Below, in pieces: positions 13,978-28,594 of a DNA stretch of 64,000 nt. The position numbers and the translations under genes were made by a program. How positions within the stretch are numbered: position 1 is the first letter of the stretch; each line of letters begins with the position of its first letter. The notes under the pieces are model-generated. The model saw nothing but the letters and a program-made list of their open reading frames with translations, was not told the origin of the DNA and searched no databases. Source of the stretch: Octopus sinensis (lineage: Eukaryota); contig NC_043012.1 in NCBI RefSeq assembly GCF_006345805.1, forward strand, positions 806,001 to 870,000, in the 5' to 3' direction.

Positions 13978-14364
13978 CATGGTGCTTTTCATTGGAAGAC
14001 AATTCTATCGTATAGTAATAAAACTTGTGATTTTTATATAAAACTTTCACTGTTCTTCGTTCTGTTTATGGCTTTAGCTATCAGCTGAGTGTAAAGGCAC
14101 TGATGTAGCAAATATTTCAAATTTCGTCTTCGGTGAACCCAGCTGACAAAGACTGAATGGATTTAGGATAACAAAGTCTGAAACTCAAGTACTAAGTTAT
14201 CCATTTTTCTCTGGCATTTCTCAAGAGGCAAGATGAAACTTTTTTTACATTCGCCTCACACACACATCTTTGCTCTATACATTCTGTGGAGTTTTACAAT
14301 AGTGCCATATGGTTATCGACTGCTATTTCTAGGAAACATTAGTACCTTGTTGTGCCACAATTTC

Positions 14365-14408
<44 letters not shown>

Positions 14409-15194
14409 GTATATGTTTTTATATTAATAAATTCCAGGATAGTAAAAAATTTAGAAAATTTCTTTGCTTCCAGTGGTCTAGCGAGAAGAAAAAAAAGCTA
14501 GTCAATAGACTATATATTATTCATATATAAATACAGTGTACATTTAAACACATAAGAGATGGCTATAACAGGACATTTGACCCGTTAGAAGGAGTAGTTA
14601 AACTCCAAACCACTATTAGGGGTAATTTCGAAAGGGAATGAAAAATAAAAACATTTACCCTCTATTTCTTGTACCATCGTTTCAAGCATTAGTATATATA
14701 AATATGTATATATGAATGTGTGTATTGTGCTAAAAAATTGATTATAGAAGAGAATATTTGTAGAGTTAAATTTATGAATTTACCTAATTTCAGTTAAATT
14801 ATTTACTTATTTATGATTAAGCTAGCTCTTATAAAGCATTTTCATAAAACCTTAGCAATTATAAATATTATCAGTTGATATTTTTCGTCAAATATTTAAG
14901 TATATATGTCTATCTAATGAAGCATCATTACATATTTAAATGGATTTGATTATTCTTGAAGAACTTCGTTTTATTAAAGAAGCAGAAATAGCTGTAATTT
15001 ATGAGATGCGTCCTTAGTTTGAATAAGATATTTAAACTGAATTGAATTTATAATTGTTCAATTTATTGTTTTGTTTTCCATTTCTTTTATATATATATAT
15101 GTGTGTGTGTATGTATGTATGTATGTATGTATGTATGTATGTATGTATGTATGTATGTATGTATTATGTATGTATGCATGCATATATATATATA

Positions 15195-15225
<31 letters not shown>

Positions 15226-16020
15226 ATGTATGTATGTATGTATGTAGTATGTATTATGTATGTATGCATGCATGTATGTGTGTGTATATATACACATATA
15301 TACATGTACACATACATACATATATATATAAATACACCTATATATATGCATATATATATATCATATATTATATACTATGTAAATAATATATATATCAATG
15401 GTGTACTCTACCATAGGACATATCTGTAGATTTTTAATCAATATTGTATATGATAAACAAATGTAAATACCATGTCCTCAGTATAGAATAATATTCTAAT
15501 ATAAAATATGTTTTTTTTTTTTTCCTTTCCAAAGTACAACGTTAGAAATCCAAAATCATGTTTTTGAAGTGGTGAATGGTCTTGTGCTCTATTATTTACT
15601 TTCCAGTTAATCAGCTAATTATTAAGACCTATACAGAGTTAACAATAAATCCATTCAAATTAAGATGCAACTATCATACGAACGACTATCTACAGAATTA
15701 GGTAGGATCAGATCAGCCTACAATAATTTAACCAAAAAAATATATGCGACTTCTAACAAACAACCACACACAATTTTGAGATCTGATGATAAATTCTGGA
15801 ATACCCCGAGAAGTATAATCAACATTAATTGTTGTAAAGTAGGTATTTCTTTGAAACGGCTGATTATGTTCCACACTGAAAATATATTTAATAGAATTTC
15901 AGAATTACTTTTATTCTGCAGACACAGACAAGTCTACTCAAGAATTACAGCGTCACTCATTATCAATTATGTTTAAATACCTATAGTTTATTTCCTCCAT
16001 TACGTATCACTATATAGTTA

Positions 16021-16326
16021 CATGGAGGCGCAATAGCCTAGTGGTTAGGGCAGCGGACTCGCGGTCGTAGGATCGTGGTTTCGATTCCCAGACCGGGCGT
16101 TGTGAGTGTTTATTGAGCGAAAACACCTAAAAGCTCCATGAGGCTCCGGCAGGGGGTGGTGATCCCTGCTGCACTCTTTCACCACTCTTTCTCTCACTCT
16201 TTCTTCTGTTGGCCTGCTCGCTTAGCCAGCGGGGTGGCGTCATTCGAAGGCTAAAACAATGCGAACGCATTGTGACCAGCGATGTGTAGCAACATCTGAT
16301 GGTCTGGTCGGTCACGTGATCACGTG
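16021..16326 (+). mobile_element. SINE family C1 (tRNA-like head, CACGTGATCACGTGA tail)
   Basis: A/B boxes (TAGCCTAGTGG, GGTTTCGATTCC). 9-bp TSD ATATAGTTA. Other copies at 49983-50288 (+), 52028-52333 (-), 53103-53403 (-). Confidence 0.88.
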
Positions 16327-16697
16327 ATATAGTTATATGTTGATAAATAATTATATATAACGTTTCATATTGGTTGTTTTTTTAATTCTTTGCAATAGAA
16401 AATTTACTGAAAATTTATTTTCTTATTAACTGATCAACAGCATGCACAAAAATATACATGTACACACATATATATTGCACGTTCCTCGGGCTTTCTTGCA
16501 GTTTCCATCAGAAGGCATCAATCGACTTACAGCTATAGTAGGAAACACTTGCGTAAGAAGCCACACAATGAAATTAAATACAAAATCACGTGGTTGAAAA
16601 TTCAACTTCTTAACCATAGAGCCATAGACTGCACCTGTAATAATATATACATACATACACATACATATATAAATACATACATACACACAAATATACG

Positions 16698-16730
<33 letters not shown>

Positions 16731-17284
16731 GTACATATTTGTAATTGTGGCTGCAAGTTTAGCTGTATGGTTAAGAAGATAGCTTTACGCTTAAAAGAAA
16801 GCGAGAGAATCGTGACGTTTCGGTCACTAGTCCTTCATTAGAAAAATTACAGAAGAGCAGAGTGAAGAAGAAAATGCTCTTAGAGATAAAATGAGCAAGG
16901 GTTTCACAGACTAGGTGGGAATGTAGATCTATTAAAGGAGTTAAGATAGGAGGCTGAAGGGTTTGTGCATGTATAGGAATGAATCTATATATTTTGATGC
17001 TTTACATAGTTTATGTGTGTCTGTACACACAAACGCACACATGCATATATATACATATATATATATATATGTGTGTATATATATATATATGTGTGTGTGT
17101 ATATACATATGTATACAGATGTGTGTATATACATATATATGTATGTATATATAATATATACGCATATGAATACACACAAACATATGTACATATATGGCGT
17201 ATATGCATACGTACATGGAGATGTAGATATAAATATATGAATATCTACATATATATATATTTATACACACACTTTATTATACAA

Positions 17285-18420
17285 CTGCCAGGAAAGGAGA
17301 TACAAAATGTGCGCTCACCCACCGAAAAAAAGAGGAAAAATGTCGATAGAATTAGTTTAACTAACCATCCATACAAAGTTTTCCTATAAGTCCTTGCTTA
17401 CTCGGATGAAGCTAACAAGAAAAATCATGCTTAGTGGAACATAGAGTGGCATCCAGCACGGAAGAAATACATTTAACAAAATTTATTACGATAATATTAT
17501 TGCACGAAATACAGCGTCAGTTAGGCCTTTTACATAACTTTATTGATTTTTAAAAAAATGCTTTCAAATTGTGTGGTATGGAGTGCTGTGAGTTATTATT
17601 CAAAACTTTCCCATCAGCTTATTAGTAAATGGTTGGTTTTGTTTGGAAGTTCTCTAAGCATGTCGTTTAAAACAACATATGGTATCAGACAAATATGTTT
17701 CTATTACTATGTCGTTTCGGTTTGTTTCTAAAATGTTTGTTAATGGAAGTCCTTGAATCCTTTGAAGGAAATGTTAAAGTGGGCAGTAGAGTGGTTGATA
17801 ATCTTCGTTTTGCAGATGATATTGATTTAAAGGATATAAGGAGACCTCTTTGAAATTCCAACAACGTGTCTTGATGCAATTGCATGAAGATGTGAAATGG
17901 AAATAAGCACTGAAGATGGCCAAATACTAATAATGGATAATGAGTAAAAACAAAAAAGAAAATAGTCGCTTCGATTGAAACAATAGAGAAAATGCTGAAA
18001 CGAGTTAAATTTAAATATTTGGTGAAAATGAAAGCAGAAGAAGTGAGATCAAAGGAAGAACTAATATGGTGGACGGGAACCGCTACAGTAATTCTAGCAA
18101 AATTAGAATTTGTCTTGCAGAAATGAATAAATAAATAAACAATACAATAATAACAAAAATTCGGTTTTAAGAGCAATAGCAATTTCAAGCGAACTCTATA
18201 AGGCGTATCATCGATGTTAGATGCTGAAATTGAGAAAAGAATCATAGCTTTTGAAATGAAATGCTACTGAAATGAAATGTTCCGTATTTCACTATACAGA
18301 GAATATGGAAGGAATGAGAGTGTGAAGAAAGAAATTAGTGAGAAAACTGCAAACCAAGAAATTTGTTAAAGACAAAAATTGAGTGTTTTGGTCATATGAA
18401 CCAACACCTTCTTTCTTGAG
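17285..18420 (+). pseudogene. RTE-clade LINE reverse transcriptase remnant, heavily decayed
   Basis: Fragments ISLTNHPYKV, FIDF-KAF, EGNVKVGSRVVDNLRFADDIDL, FKYL, AFEMKCY, FGHM occur in RT order, with many stops and frameshifts. Confidence 0.8.
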
Positions 18421-18469
18421 AACATTCTCTTCTACTCTAGACATAAGGTCTGGAATTTTGGGGGATGCG

Positions 18470-18880
18470 CCAGTTGATTAAATCAATCCCAATACGAATT
18501 TGATACTTAATTTATCGACCCCGAAAGGCAAAGTCGACCTCGGCGAAATTTGAAATCAGAACGTAAAGACAGACGAAATACCTATTTCTTTACTACCCAC
18601 AAGGGGCTAAACACAGAAAGGACAAACAAGGACAGACAAACGGATTAAGTCGATTATATCGACCCCAATGCGTAACTGGTACTTATTTAATCGACCACGA
18701 AAGGATGAAAGGTAAAGTCGACCTCGGCGGAATTTGAACTCAGAACGTAAAGACAGACGAAATACGACTACGCATTTCGCCTGGCGTGCTAACGTTTCTG
18801 CCAGCTCGCCGCCTTACAAAGACAGACGGAAATACCGCTAAGCATTTCATCCGGCGTGGTAACGTTTCTGCCAGCTTTGT
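18470..18880 (-). mobile_element. SINE family B multimer
   Basis: Same GAAATACCTATTTCTTTACTACC junction as the dimers, plus an extra partial head. Confidence 0.8.
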
Positions 18881-18970
18881 ATCGACCTTCTTTCTTGAGA
18901 ATATTATTAAATACACAACGCTTTGATTGTTTTAATCGCTAATCCTCATCGGGTATCTTATTCTTGGATA

Positions 18971-19358
18971 TGGATGGAAGCACTCCGTCGGTTACGACGA
19001 TGAAGGTTCCGGTTGATCCGAATGAACGGAACAGCCTGCTCGTGAAATTAACGTGTAAGTGGCTGAGCACTCCACAGACACGTGTACCCTCAACGTAGTT
19101 CTCGGGGATATTCAGCGTGACACAGAGAGTGACAAGGCCGGCCCCTTGAAATACAGGTACAACAGAAACAGGAAGTAAGAGTGAGAGAAAGTTGTGGTGA
19201 AAGAGTACAGCAGGGATCACCACCATCCCTTGCCGGAGCCTCGTGGAGCTTTTAGGTGTTTTCGCTCAATAAACACTCACAACGCCCGGTCTGGGAATCG
19301 AAACCGCGATCCTATGACCGCGAGTCCGCTGCCCTAACCACTGGGCCATTGCGCCTGC
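18971..19358 (-). mobile_element. SINE family C2 (same head, GACGGAGTGCTTCC tail)
   Basis: 11-bp TSD ATTCTTGGATA. Confidence 0.9.
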
Positions 19359-19778
19359 ATTCTTGGATAGATACATATACTTCTAGACATGGTTTGCTAT
19401 GCCACATTAAGAAACGCTATCCTTCTTTCGTTTTGCTCGGTCTCTATTACGTGTGTGATCCTTTCAGTAGGTGTATTTCCTGTTGTGCAACATTGTCTTA
19501 CATTCTGCTTGTTAGGAAATATACGTAGCCTGGATTTTACCTGCCCCATTTCCCCAGTTGGAATTTTTATTCGCATCACATAGCAACCCAAGTTGCTAAC
19601 CGTGAACTATATAATAAAACCTTTTGTCAATTTATCGAACTTCGATATGGGAAAAACCTACAACCTTCTACGTCAATAAACTATTATTGTTCCTGAAAGC
19701 TGTTTTTTTTTAATACCTACTACGGACTACTCTATGCTTATTAACTTTCTACACCTAGATCCTCGGAGCTTACAATTA

Positions 19779-20033
19779 ATAATAAATGCGCCCTTTTAAA
19801 GCCTAGCCAGGCCCATGGGCCCAGTTTCCCGGTTTCTATGGCGTTTGTGTTTCCCAACTGGACGGGACACTAGTCCACCGCAGCGTTACTCATTTTCGCC
19901 AACTGAGTGGACTGGAGCAACGTGAAATGAAGTGTTTTGCTCAAGAACACAATGCGCCGCCCGGCCCAGGAATCGAAACCACAATCTTACGATGATGATG
20001 CTGACAGCCTAACTACTAAGCTACGCGCCTCCA
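19779..20033 (-). mobile_element. SINE family D (CORE-like body, short tail)
   Basis: 15-bp TSD CGGAGCTTACAATTA. Confidence 0.88.
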
Positions 20034-20789
20034 CGGAGCTTACAATTACTTATCATTATATATGTGTATGTATGTATATGTGTGTGTGCGTATGTATGTA
20101 CGTATTATTATTTAATTCCATTCTATTTCCCTTTTTATTGTTTTGCTTTTAATAAGCAATTCAACTTGGTTAACTTGTTGAACTTGCTTTCAAGATATTG
20201 ATCTAAGTTTGTCCGTTTCCTCGTACATTGTTCGAGTACGTTCTTTACGAGATGTATTGTTCCACCAATCTTTGTTAGGCTTGTTTTGGGTGTGGTATCA
20301 TGTTCAAGATGTGACGTCGATTAAGAAAAAAAAAAGTATCAAGTAACCTGTATTTGTTGTGTTCTCCGAGTGTCCATTTTGAAATAAAATCTTTGTTATT
20401 AGTATTATTTTATCGCTATAAGCCATCACTATTTGTTTACTCTGATGTTGTTACTTGTAGTAATAAGCTGATGGATTCCCAGGCATCGTTTATAATATTA
20501 ACATTGTGGGCATCGCGAGATTGAATGGTACTACTCGGGTGTCGAAACGATAATGATATTCGTTTGGCGGCGAATGATGGGAACACACATACGTTATACT
20601 GGATTGTGAGTTTCCTATATTTTAGTCTCCTTATTCTGAGTTGTCCTTCATTCTTGTAAAGTAAAAAGTTCTTGTGGGTTCATAAACGGTGGGGATCATT
20701 TACGCTAAAATATTTTGGTTCTCTACGTAAGTCATCTAATTAGGGATTAGGGACAGATTATAGTTAGATATTGGTGTCTAGGAAGTTCT

Positions 20790-21117
<328 letters not shown>

Positions 21118-21490
21118 GAGCGAAACACCTAAGCTCCACGCCGCTCCGGCAGAAGGTAATGGCGAACTTCTGCTGACTCTTTCGCCACAAATTTCTCTCA
21201 CTCTTTCCTCCTGCAAGGGCACACACAAACACACAGACGCTCACAGATACACATAAATATACACACGGTGGACGTCTTTCGGTTTCTGGCCACGAAATCC
21301 ACTTACAAGGCTTTGATCGACTTGAGACTATCGTAGAAGACATCTTCTAGGTGTCAATTCCCAAGATGTCACATGCCCAAAGTCTCACAGTGTGACTGAA
21401 CCCAAAACCATTTATAATAAGGAAGTAAGCTTCTTAACGACACAGTTACACATGTACTCCCCTTCTCTCTCTCTCTTTCACACACACAGA

Positions 21491-21549
<59 letters not shown>

Positions 21550-21585
21550 ACACATATAGCATGTAAATGTAGATTTTAAATTACG

Positions 21586-21625
<40 letters not shown>

Positions 21626-22042
21626 CGTAAAGTTATCGGTAAATGTATTTGATTTTCACTCTCGATAAATTTACCTCCTTTTTGTGTTCCCAGCACTTGG
21701 CATCCTTATTTAGGAGCCCTTATTATATTTCTACATAATAATATTTTGTCTAATGACTAATTCGTCTTTTGTGCTGAGCCACTGGTAGTAATCTATATTA
21801 TTACCCTTTTTGTTTATATTCGTATATATATATAATTGACACTAAATGTGACTAAGGGTGTGAGAATATCTACATTGCTAGAAATAAGAGCTAAAAATTT
21901 CTAATGTGTAGTTAAAGCACATAATTGTATTCATATGTACTGACAGGGATTGTATTCAGCTGCAAATACCGGTCGAGAATTCCTTATACTAATCGGTCTT
22001 TTCGGCTAATTTCGTTGTCTCATCGGTAAGGATATATATTCA

Positions 22043-22360
22043 GAGACCCCCTTTGGTAATGATTGACCATGGGAATGCACCGAGAAAGTTACCCTCCAAG
22101 GCACAATTTCGGGCAAGGTTGTTTATGGAAGACCAGCAGTCGCCCATGTATACCTCTCCACACCACCGATGTTGACCAAGGGAAAGGCAAAGGGGCCGAT
22201 ACAGCTTGGCACCAGTGACATCGCAACTCATTTCTACAGCTGAGAGAACTGGAGCAGCGTGAAATAAACTGACTTGCTGAAGAACACGACACACACACAC
22301 AGTCTGGTCTAGGAATCGAACTCGCTACCTCATTTTTGTGAGCTTAACGCGCTAACCATG
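22043..22360 (-). mobile_element. SINE family D with a different tail (second copy at 59595-59910)
   Basis: Shares TTCACG(T/C)TGCTCCAGT...CTCAGCTG body. The tail contains CCATAAACAACCTTGCC. Confidence 0.8.
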
Positions 22361-22479
22361 TGATGTATATACATAAAAATACGTGCGCGCGCACACGCAC
22401 ACAGACACACGCACACGCACACAGACACACGCACACGCACACAGACACACGCACATACATAGATATTTAATTGATTTTT

Positions 22480-22890
22480 TATTACACACAAGGGGCTAAA
22501 CACGGAGGGGACAAACAAGGACAGACAAACGGATTAAGTCGATTACATCGACCCCAGTGCGTAACTGGTACTTAATTTATCGACCCAGAAAGGATGAAAG
22601 GCAAAGTCGACCTCGGCGGAATTTGAACTCAGAACGTAGCGGCAGACGAAATACCTATTTCTTTATTACCCAAAAGGGGCTAAACATAGAGGGGACAAAC
22701 AAAGACAGACAAACGGATTAAGTCGATTACATCGACCCCAGTGCGTAACTGGTGCTTATTTAATCGACCCCGAAAGGATAAAAGGCAAAGTCGTCCTCGG
22801 CGGAATTTGAACTCAGAACGTAAGCGGCAGACGAAATACCGCAAAGCATTTCGCCCGGCGTGCTAACGATTCTGCCTGCTCGCCGCCTTA
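22480..22890 (-). mobile_element. SINE family B (Meta-domain-like) head-to-tail dimer
   Basis: Two ~184-bp units containing GGTCGACTTTGCCTTTCATCCTTTCGGGGTCGAT on the minus strand, with a single head. Confidence 0.85.
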
Positions 22891-23371
22891 TATACACATA
22901 TCTAATTGTGGAATTCAGGTTACTGACAAAAATTGCTATAATTTCTTTTATTCACGTTTGAAGATGTAGCTTCGCAAATTGAAGAGAAAAATGCTGGTCA
23001 TAGTCCTCTTTGCCTTACAAATCTGCACTTGGTGTTCTTATTGTACATAAAGAATACATAATACTAACTCTTCAAAAAAACATATAATGATAACTAATTA
23101 TATGAATGCTGACTAAGATTAATTTTGATTGGATTTTCTTTAAGAAGACAAAATTTGCCACTGGCAACTCTTTTGTTTCTTAAAAAAAAAAGTCAGCTAT
23201 GGAGTTATTTTGTATTGTACCAGATTTGTAAAAGACAAATGATTTAGAAGTTGAAGAAGCCTCTAACCATATGTAATATTTGAGTTAATCAAGCTTCTAA
23301 CCTCGCCATAGTTAAGAACGAATGGTAAAAGTTGATTGGCCGTCGCTGAGTGCATGATATATTTTGTATTA

Positions 23372-23759
23372 GGAGGGGGAAGCACTCCGTCGGTTACGAC
23401 GACGAGGGTTCAGGTTGATCCGATCAACGGAACAGCCTGCTCGTGAAATTAACATGTAAGTGGATGAGCATTCCACAGACACGTGCACCCTTAACGTAGT
23501 TCTCGGGATATTCAGCGTGACACAGAGAATGACGAGGCCGGCCCCTTGAAATACAGGTACAACAGAAACAGGAAATAAGAATGAGAGAAAGTTGTGGTGA
23601 AAGAGTACAGCAGGGATCACCACCATCCCCTGCCGGGGCCTCGTGGAGCTTTAGGTGTTTTCGCTCTATAAACACTCACAACGCCCGGTCTGGGAATCGA
23701 AACTGCGATCCTACGACCGCGAGTCCGCTGCCCTAACCACTGGGCCATTGCGCCTCCAC
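23372..23759 (-). mobile_element. SINE family C2
   Basis: 13-bp TSD ATATTTTGTATTA (23359-23371, 23760-23772). Confidence 0.92.
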
Positions 23760-25311
23760 ATATTTTGTATTATGACTTTTGTGTTATAGAAATGGATGCA
23801 AATATTTGGTTCCTCCATTGATGTGTGCATTGGTAGCCTATAGGATAAGAGTGTTACTATCCAAAGCTTAGAAATAAAGATTTCTAGTTTGAATCTAGCC
23901 AAGTATTCCAAAGTGAAAATGGTGGGCACTCTTCAAGATTTGTGTAAAGAATATTCTCAATGGAACTGAAAATTGGACTTTGAAGAAGGAGCTTCAACAG
24001 AGCTCCAATGCTCCACATACAGGCTTACATGAGATCTCAAAATTTCTCATGGTACGAACCCAAGACCTAGTGGAGTGCTATGGGCACATTACATCCACCG
24101 CTAATATTGCTGCTCTTTTATGGTCAAGTCTCGCTGACGAATGTTATTGTGTTGAATAACAGATCATATCGAGTGTTACATTACAGAAATTAATGATGTC
24201 TCTACTCTTATCTAATGCTACAATTAATGAAGTTACTGACCTTCTCTTGGCTATAGATCAATGGCAAAAAACTGAGTGGGAGTGGGCAGTATTGAGGGCA
24301 CAATATACGATAGGGCTTATACGTTATGGAGATGGAAGCAGATTTTGGGCTCCGTTACTGATGCATGACTGTTTGTTGTTGTGTAAAACTGTAGCCTCAC
24401 CAAGAGATACTCCCTATATAAGAACAACAACAGGGGAAACAATTTCAAAACTTCAGCTTGGTTTCAGGTTATAAACAAATACTGCTGCTCAACAAATGCT
24501 AAAATAAAAACTACAGAGAAACACCAGCTGATATAACAAAAAGACAAGCGATCATGTGGTCTATTTGCTGATATTCTCGAGGCAAATTTATTATTTGTAT
24601 AAATGTATAAACGGAACAGCAACTCTCGGTGTATTCTACTATGAAGCGCTAAATTCATTCATTTATGCTATTATATCCTATTACAGTGATACCAATATTT
24701 TATGTTCGTACTCCTAGCAACTGCAACGAATTTGAGATGCGTTCAGACGTATTTTATTTAACCTCATTGCTTTTAAAATTATCGTAGATTATGTAATGCT
24801 TGCTTACGCTACTGAAAAGAAAAAAAAGAAAAGAAAAATATACCGACAGGAGAATGTTAAGCAGCAGATAAACTAACGTAAAATCTTCTGAATATTAGCC
24901 TTTGATCAAAGGGTTTATTTGATCAGGGCAACAACAGCAGCAGAACAATAATCATTTTTCACAACTGGCAATCGTTTCGTTTTTCACATATTGTACATGG
25001 TATAACTGTCAAAAACTATTACTCGGCTAATTCACTCCAGTTACTATGAATCTTATGTAATGGCCATCCATAGTGTAGTAATACATATTAAACTATCGAG
25101 GACCAAATACAGGAACATCTGTACTGCTGTTCAACCTGCTAGAAATAGCAGACAGTAATCCTTCAAATAATTATCTGTCTCTCTTTATTCACACCACACT
25201 TAATAAAATACACACACACACACACACACACGCACACACACACACACACGCGCGCGCAGGCAGACAGACAGATAGATCGATCGATCGATCGATCGATAGA
25301 TAGATAGATAA

Positions 25312-25356
<45 letters not shown>

Positions 25357-25514
25357 CATAGCAAAATGTAGCACAGGAAGACGATAAAAGAACACAGAAA
25401 ACAGGCAGCAAAACGAAAAGGCAAGGTTTCTAGATCGACCGCTACAACGGACGAATTACAAAGCCAAGAGGAAAATATATAATACGAAAAAGCAGGGACA
25501 GTAACGAAAAACTT

Positions 25515-25655
<141 letters not shown>

Positions 25656-26184
25656 TATATGTAATATATATAAGATTAGATTCAGATGAATATGGTACTT
25701 TAGTTGAGGCACCAGAATTTAGTACGGTATTATCCATACAATTTCAAAATAAGGTTATTAAAATCAAAATAACCAACAAGGATATCCAGAGGTAATACAG
25801 TACGATCGTTTCATGCGACTCCATTTAATTGAACAATGCAATCATTTCATTACATCAATTTAAAATGTAGAGCAATCTTCAGCTGCACAAAGACATAGAA
25901 TTTAATTAAATTAGAACAGAAGGACAGATAACTATAATTTTACCTAAAATCTCCAAGAAGTTAAGGAGATAGACAAAGAACATTTTGCACCAACAACATC
26001 AGAGTTGTAACATCACAGTTACAACTATGATTTTGTTGGTACAAAATTCATAGATCGATTTCATCGAATAAAATCATTCATGGCAGTTTTGCATATAGTG
26101 TTCTTTCAGTATTGCTCATGCGCACCACACACACACACACACATGGCTGCAGTCAAATGACCGAAACACGGAAAAGAACTGAAG

Positions 26185-27357
26185 AACAAGAGAACCTAGA
26201 GAGCGCAACCCTCCACCAAGGCAACACCGACGTCCTCGTAATGATTAGCTGGGGACGATTCTTAAAATGAGAATATCTGAAATAAACCTGACTGCTCTCA
26301 CAAACGAGAATACTAAAAATGAGCCCAATCGCCCTCAGAAATTAAATAAAAAAACCCGGAAAATAATCCAGAATCCTTTGTCCGGTATCGGATCGATCCC
26401 AAAATCTAATCAGTTCGTGCCAGTCACAAGGTCAAACACCCCTTGAAAGTTTCACCCGAATCCATCCAGCGACTCTTGAGATATTTTGTCCACGGATAGA
26501 CAAACAAACAAACAAACGCGAATCTTTACTCTTTTACTCTTTTATTGTTTCAGTCATTTGCCTGCGGCCATGCTGGAGCACCGCCTTTAGTCGAGCAAAT
26601 TGACCCTAGGACTTATTCTTTGTAAGCCTAGTACGCATTCTATCGGTCTCTTTTGTCGAACCGCTAAGTTACGGGGACGTAAGCACATCAGCATCGGTTG
26701 TCAAGTGATATTGGGGGACAAACACCGACACACAAACGCACACACACACATATATATATATACATATATACGACGGGCTTCTTTCAGTTTCCGTCAACCA
26801 AATCCACTCACAAAGCTTTGGTCGGCCCGAGGCTATAGTAGAAGACACTTGCTCAAGTTGCCACGCAGTGGGACTGAACCCGGAACCATGTGGTTGGTAA
26901 GCAGGCTACTTACCACACAGACACTTCTATGCCTATAATACTGAAAACAATACCTCCGCCTTTGCTAAGGTGGAGGTAAGAACTCAGAATCCTTGTCCGG
27001 TACCGGATCAATCCCCAAATCTAATCAATTCGTGCCAGGCACGAGGCCAATCATCCCTGAAAATTTCATCCAAATCCATCCAGCGATTCTTGAGATATTT
27101 TTTCCACAGATAAACAAACAAACGTGACTGAAAACAATACCTCCGCCTTTGCTAAGGTGGAGGTAATAATTCAGAATCCTTGTCCGGTACCGGATCAATC
27201 CCCAAATCTAGTCAGTTCGTGCCAGGAACGAGACCAATCATCCCTGAAAATTTCATCCAAATCTATCCAGCGATTCTTGAGATATCTTGTCCACGGACAA
27301 ATAGACAAAACAAATGCAACTGAAACGATACTGTCGTCTTCGCCAAGGCGGTGGTAA
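26185..27357 (+). mobile_element. Helentron/HINE-like non-autonomous element with about 3 tandem ~190-bp units, interrupted by a SINE
   Basis: 5' AACAAGAG...GAGAGCGCAACCCTCCACCAAGG. Unit contains AAATTTCATCCAAATCCATCC...ACAAACAAAC and ends in a CTCCGCC...GGTGGAGGTAA hairpin. Unit-end motifs at 26941, 27128 and 27320. Confidence 0.6.
26525..26935 (-). mobile_element. SINE family A nested in the HINE-like element
   Basis: Young copy that splits the first HINE unit between ACGCG and CTGAAAACAATACC. Confidence 0.88.
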
Positions 27358-27690
27358 TAAAAATAATATACATGTGTGTGGTATTTGTCGGTTTTCATGT
27401 AAAAACACAATATGTTCCATACACCATACACGTATATGCTGAACGTATTTAGAATCTGTTGTAATTGTTGCTTGGCAAACCAGGTTATATATATTTTTTT
27501 CATACCAAAATTATTTCAAACTAACGTCAGTTGCATGAAGCATTTAAGATACGAAGGAAATAGCTTGGTTTTACCAGCGTAAATTTATGCATTTATGTAT
27601 GTGCCTTGTATATATGTACCTATGTTTATATGTATACGTGCCTCGCATATACATAAATACGAATGTATGCATATACCGATATTGAAATAT

Positions 27691-27778
<88 letters not shown>

Positions 27779-27938
27779 CATATATACACATATACATATA
27801 GATATACATACATACATACTTATATATATATATTATATATATATATATATATATATGCGTTCACACGATGTTATATGTATACGTATATATAAATATGCAC
27901 TAGCTATACACACAGACATATATATATATGTGTGTGTT

Positions 27939-27984
<46 letters not shown>

Positions 27985-28056
27985 GGCATCTGTACACACA
28001 AACATACGTCCATTATAATTATTATGCCTACACTGACACAAACACATACATACCAC

Positions 28057-28089
<33 letters not shown>

Positions 28090-28351
28090 AACTTATACAC
28101 CTACTCATATATACATAGTTCCGCAATTACAAAGCAACTAAGCGGGGTTGTCTTGGTAACACATAGATAAACAAATGTATAGATGCCATAAAACAAGCCT
28201 GACAGGTGATTGTAATAAGGATGTCATTGCAGACTTGTGCAGCCACGGGTTTGCATTGGCTGCGAATGACCGACGTCTCCTTCACTGCTCCACTGGTCAA
28301 GCACCAGAAAACAAACACGATGCATGACCAAGTACGTACACACATGGATAC

Positions 28352-28382
<31 letters not shown>

Positions 28383-28555
28383 TGTATGTATGTATGTATG
28401 TATGTATGTATGTATGTATGTATGTATGTATGTATGTATGTATGTATGCATGTATGTATGTATGTATGTATGCGTGTGTGTGTATGAATGTATGCATGCA
28501 TGTAGGTAAGCGTGTAGGTAGTTAGGTAGGTACGTCTCTGTCTCTCTCTCTTTCA

Positions 28556-28594
<39 letters not shown>

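Noticed and set aside
17685-18245. 186-aa minus-strand ORF
   Set aside because: Antisense shadow of the decayed plus-strand RTE RT.
20468-20603. CpG-rich block with a good donor (ATT|GTGAGT) and FN3-like PGIVYNINI in one frame
   Set aside because: Each frame hits a stop before the donor or lacks a matching acceptor, so no consistent exon.
25720-25830. GAAACGATCGTA (minus) and similar motifs at about 14680, 16815 and 33590
   Set aside because: Palindromic stem III is present but the CUGANGA core or stem I is too degenerate to call a ribozyme.
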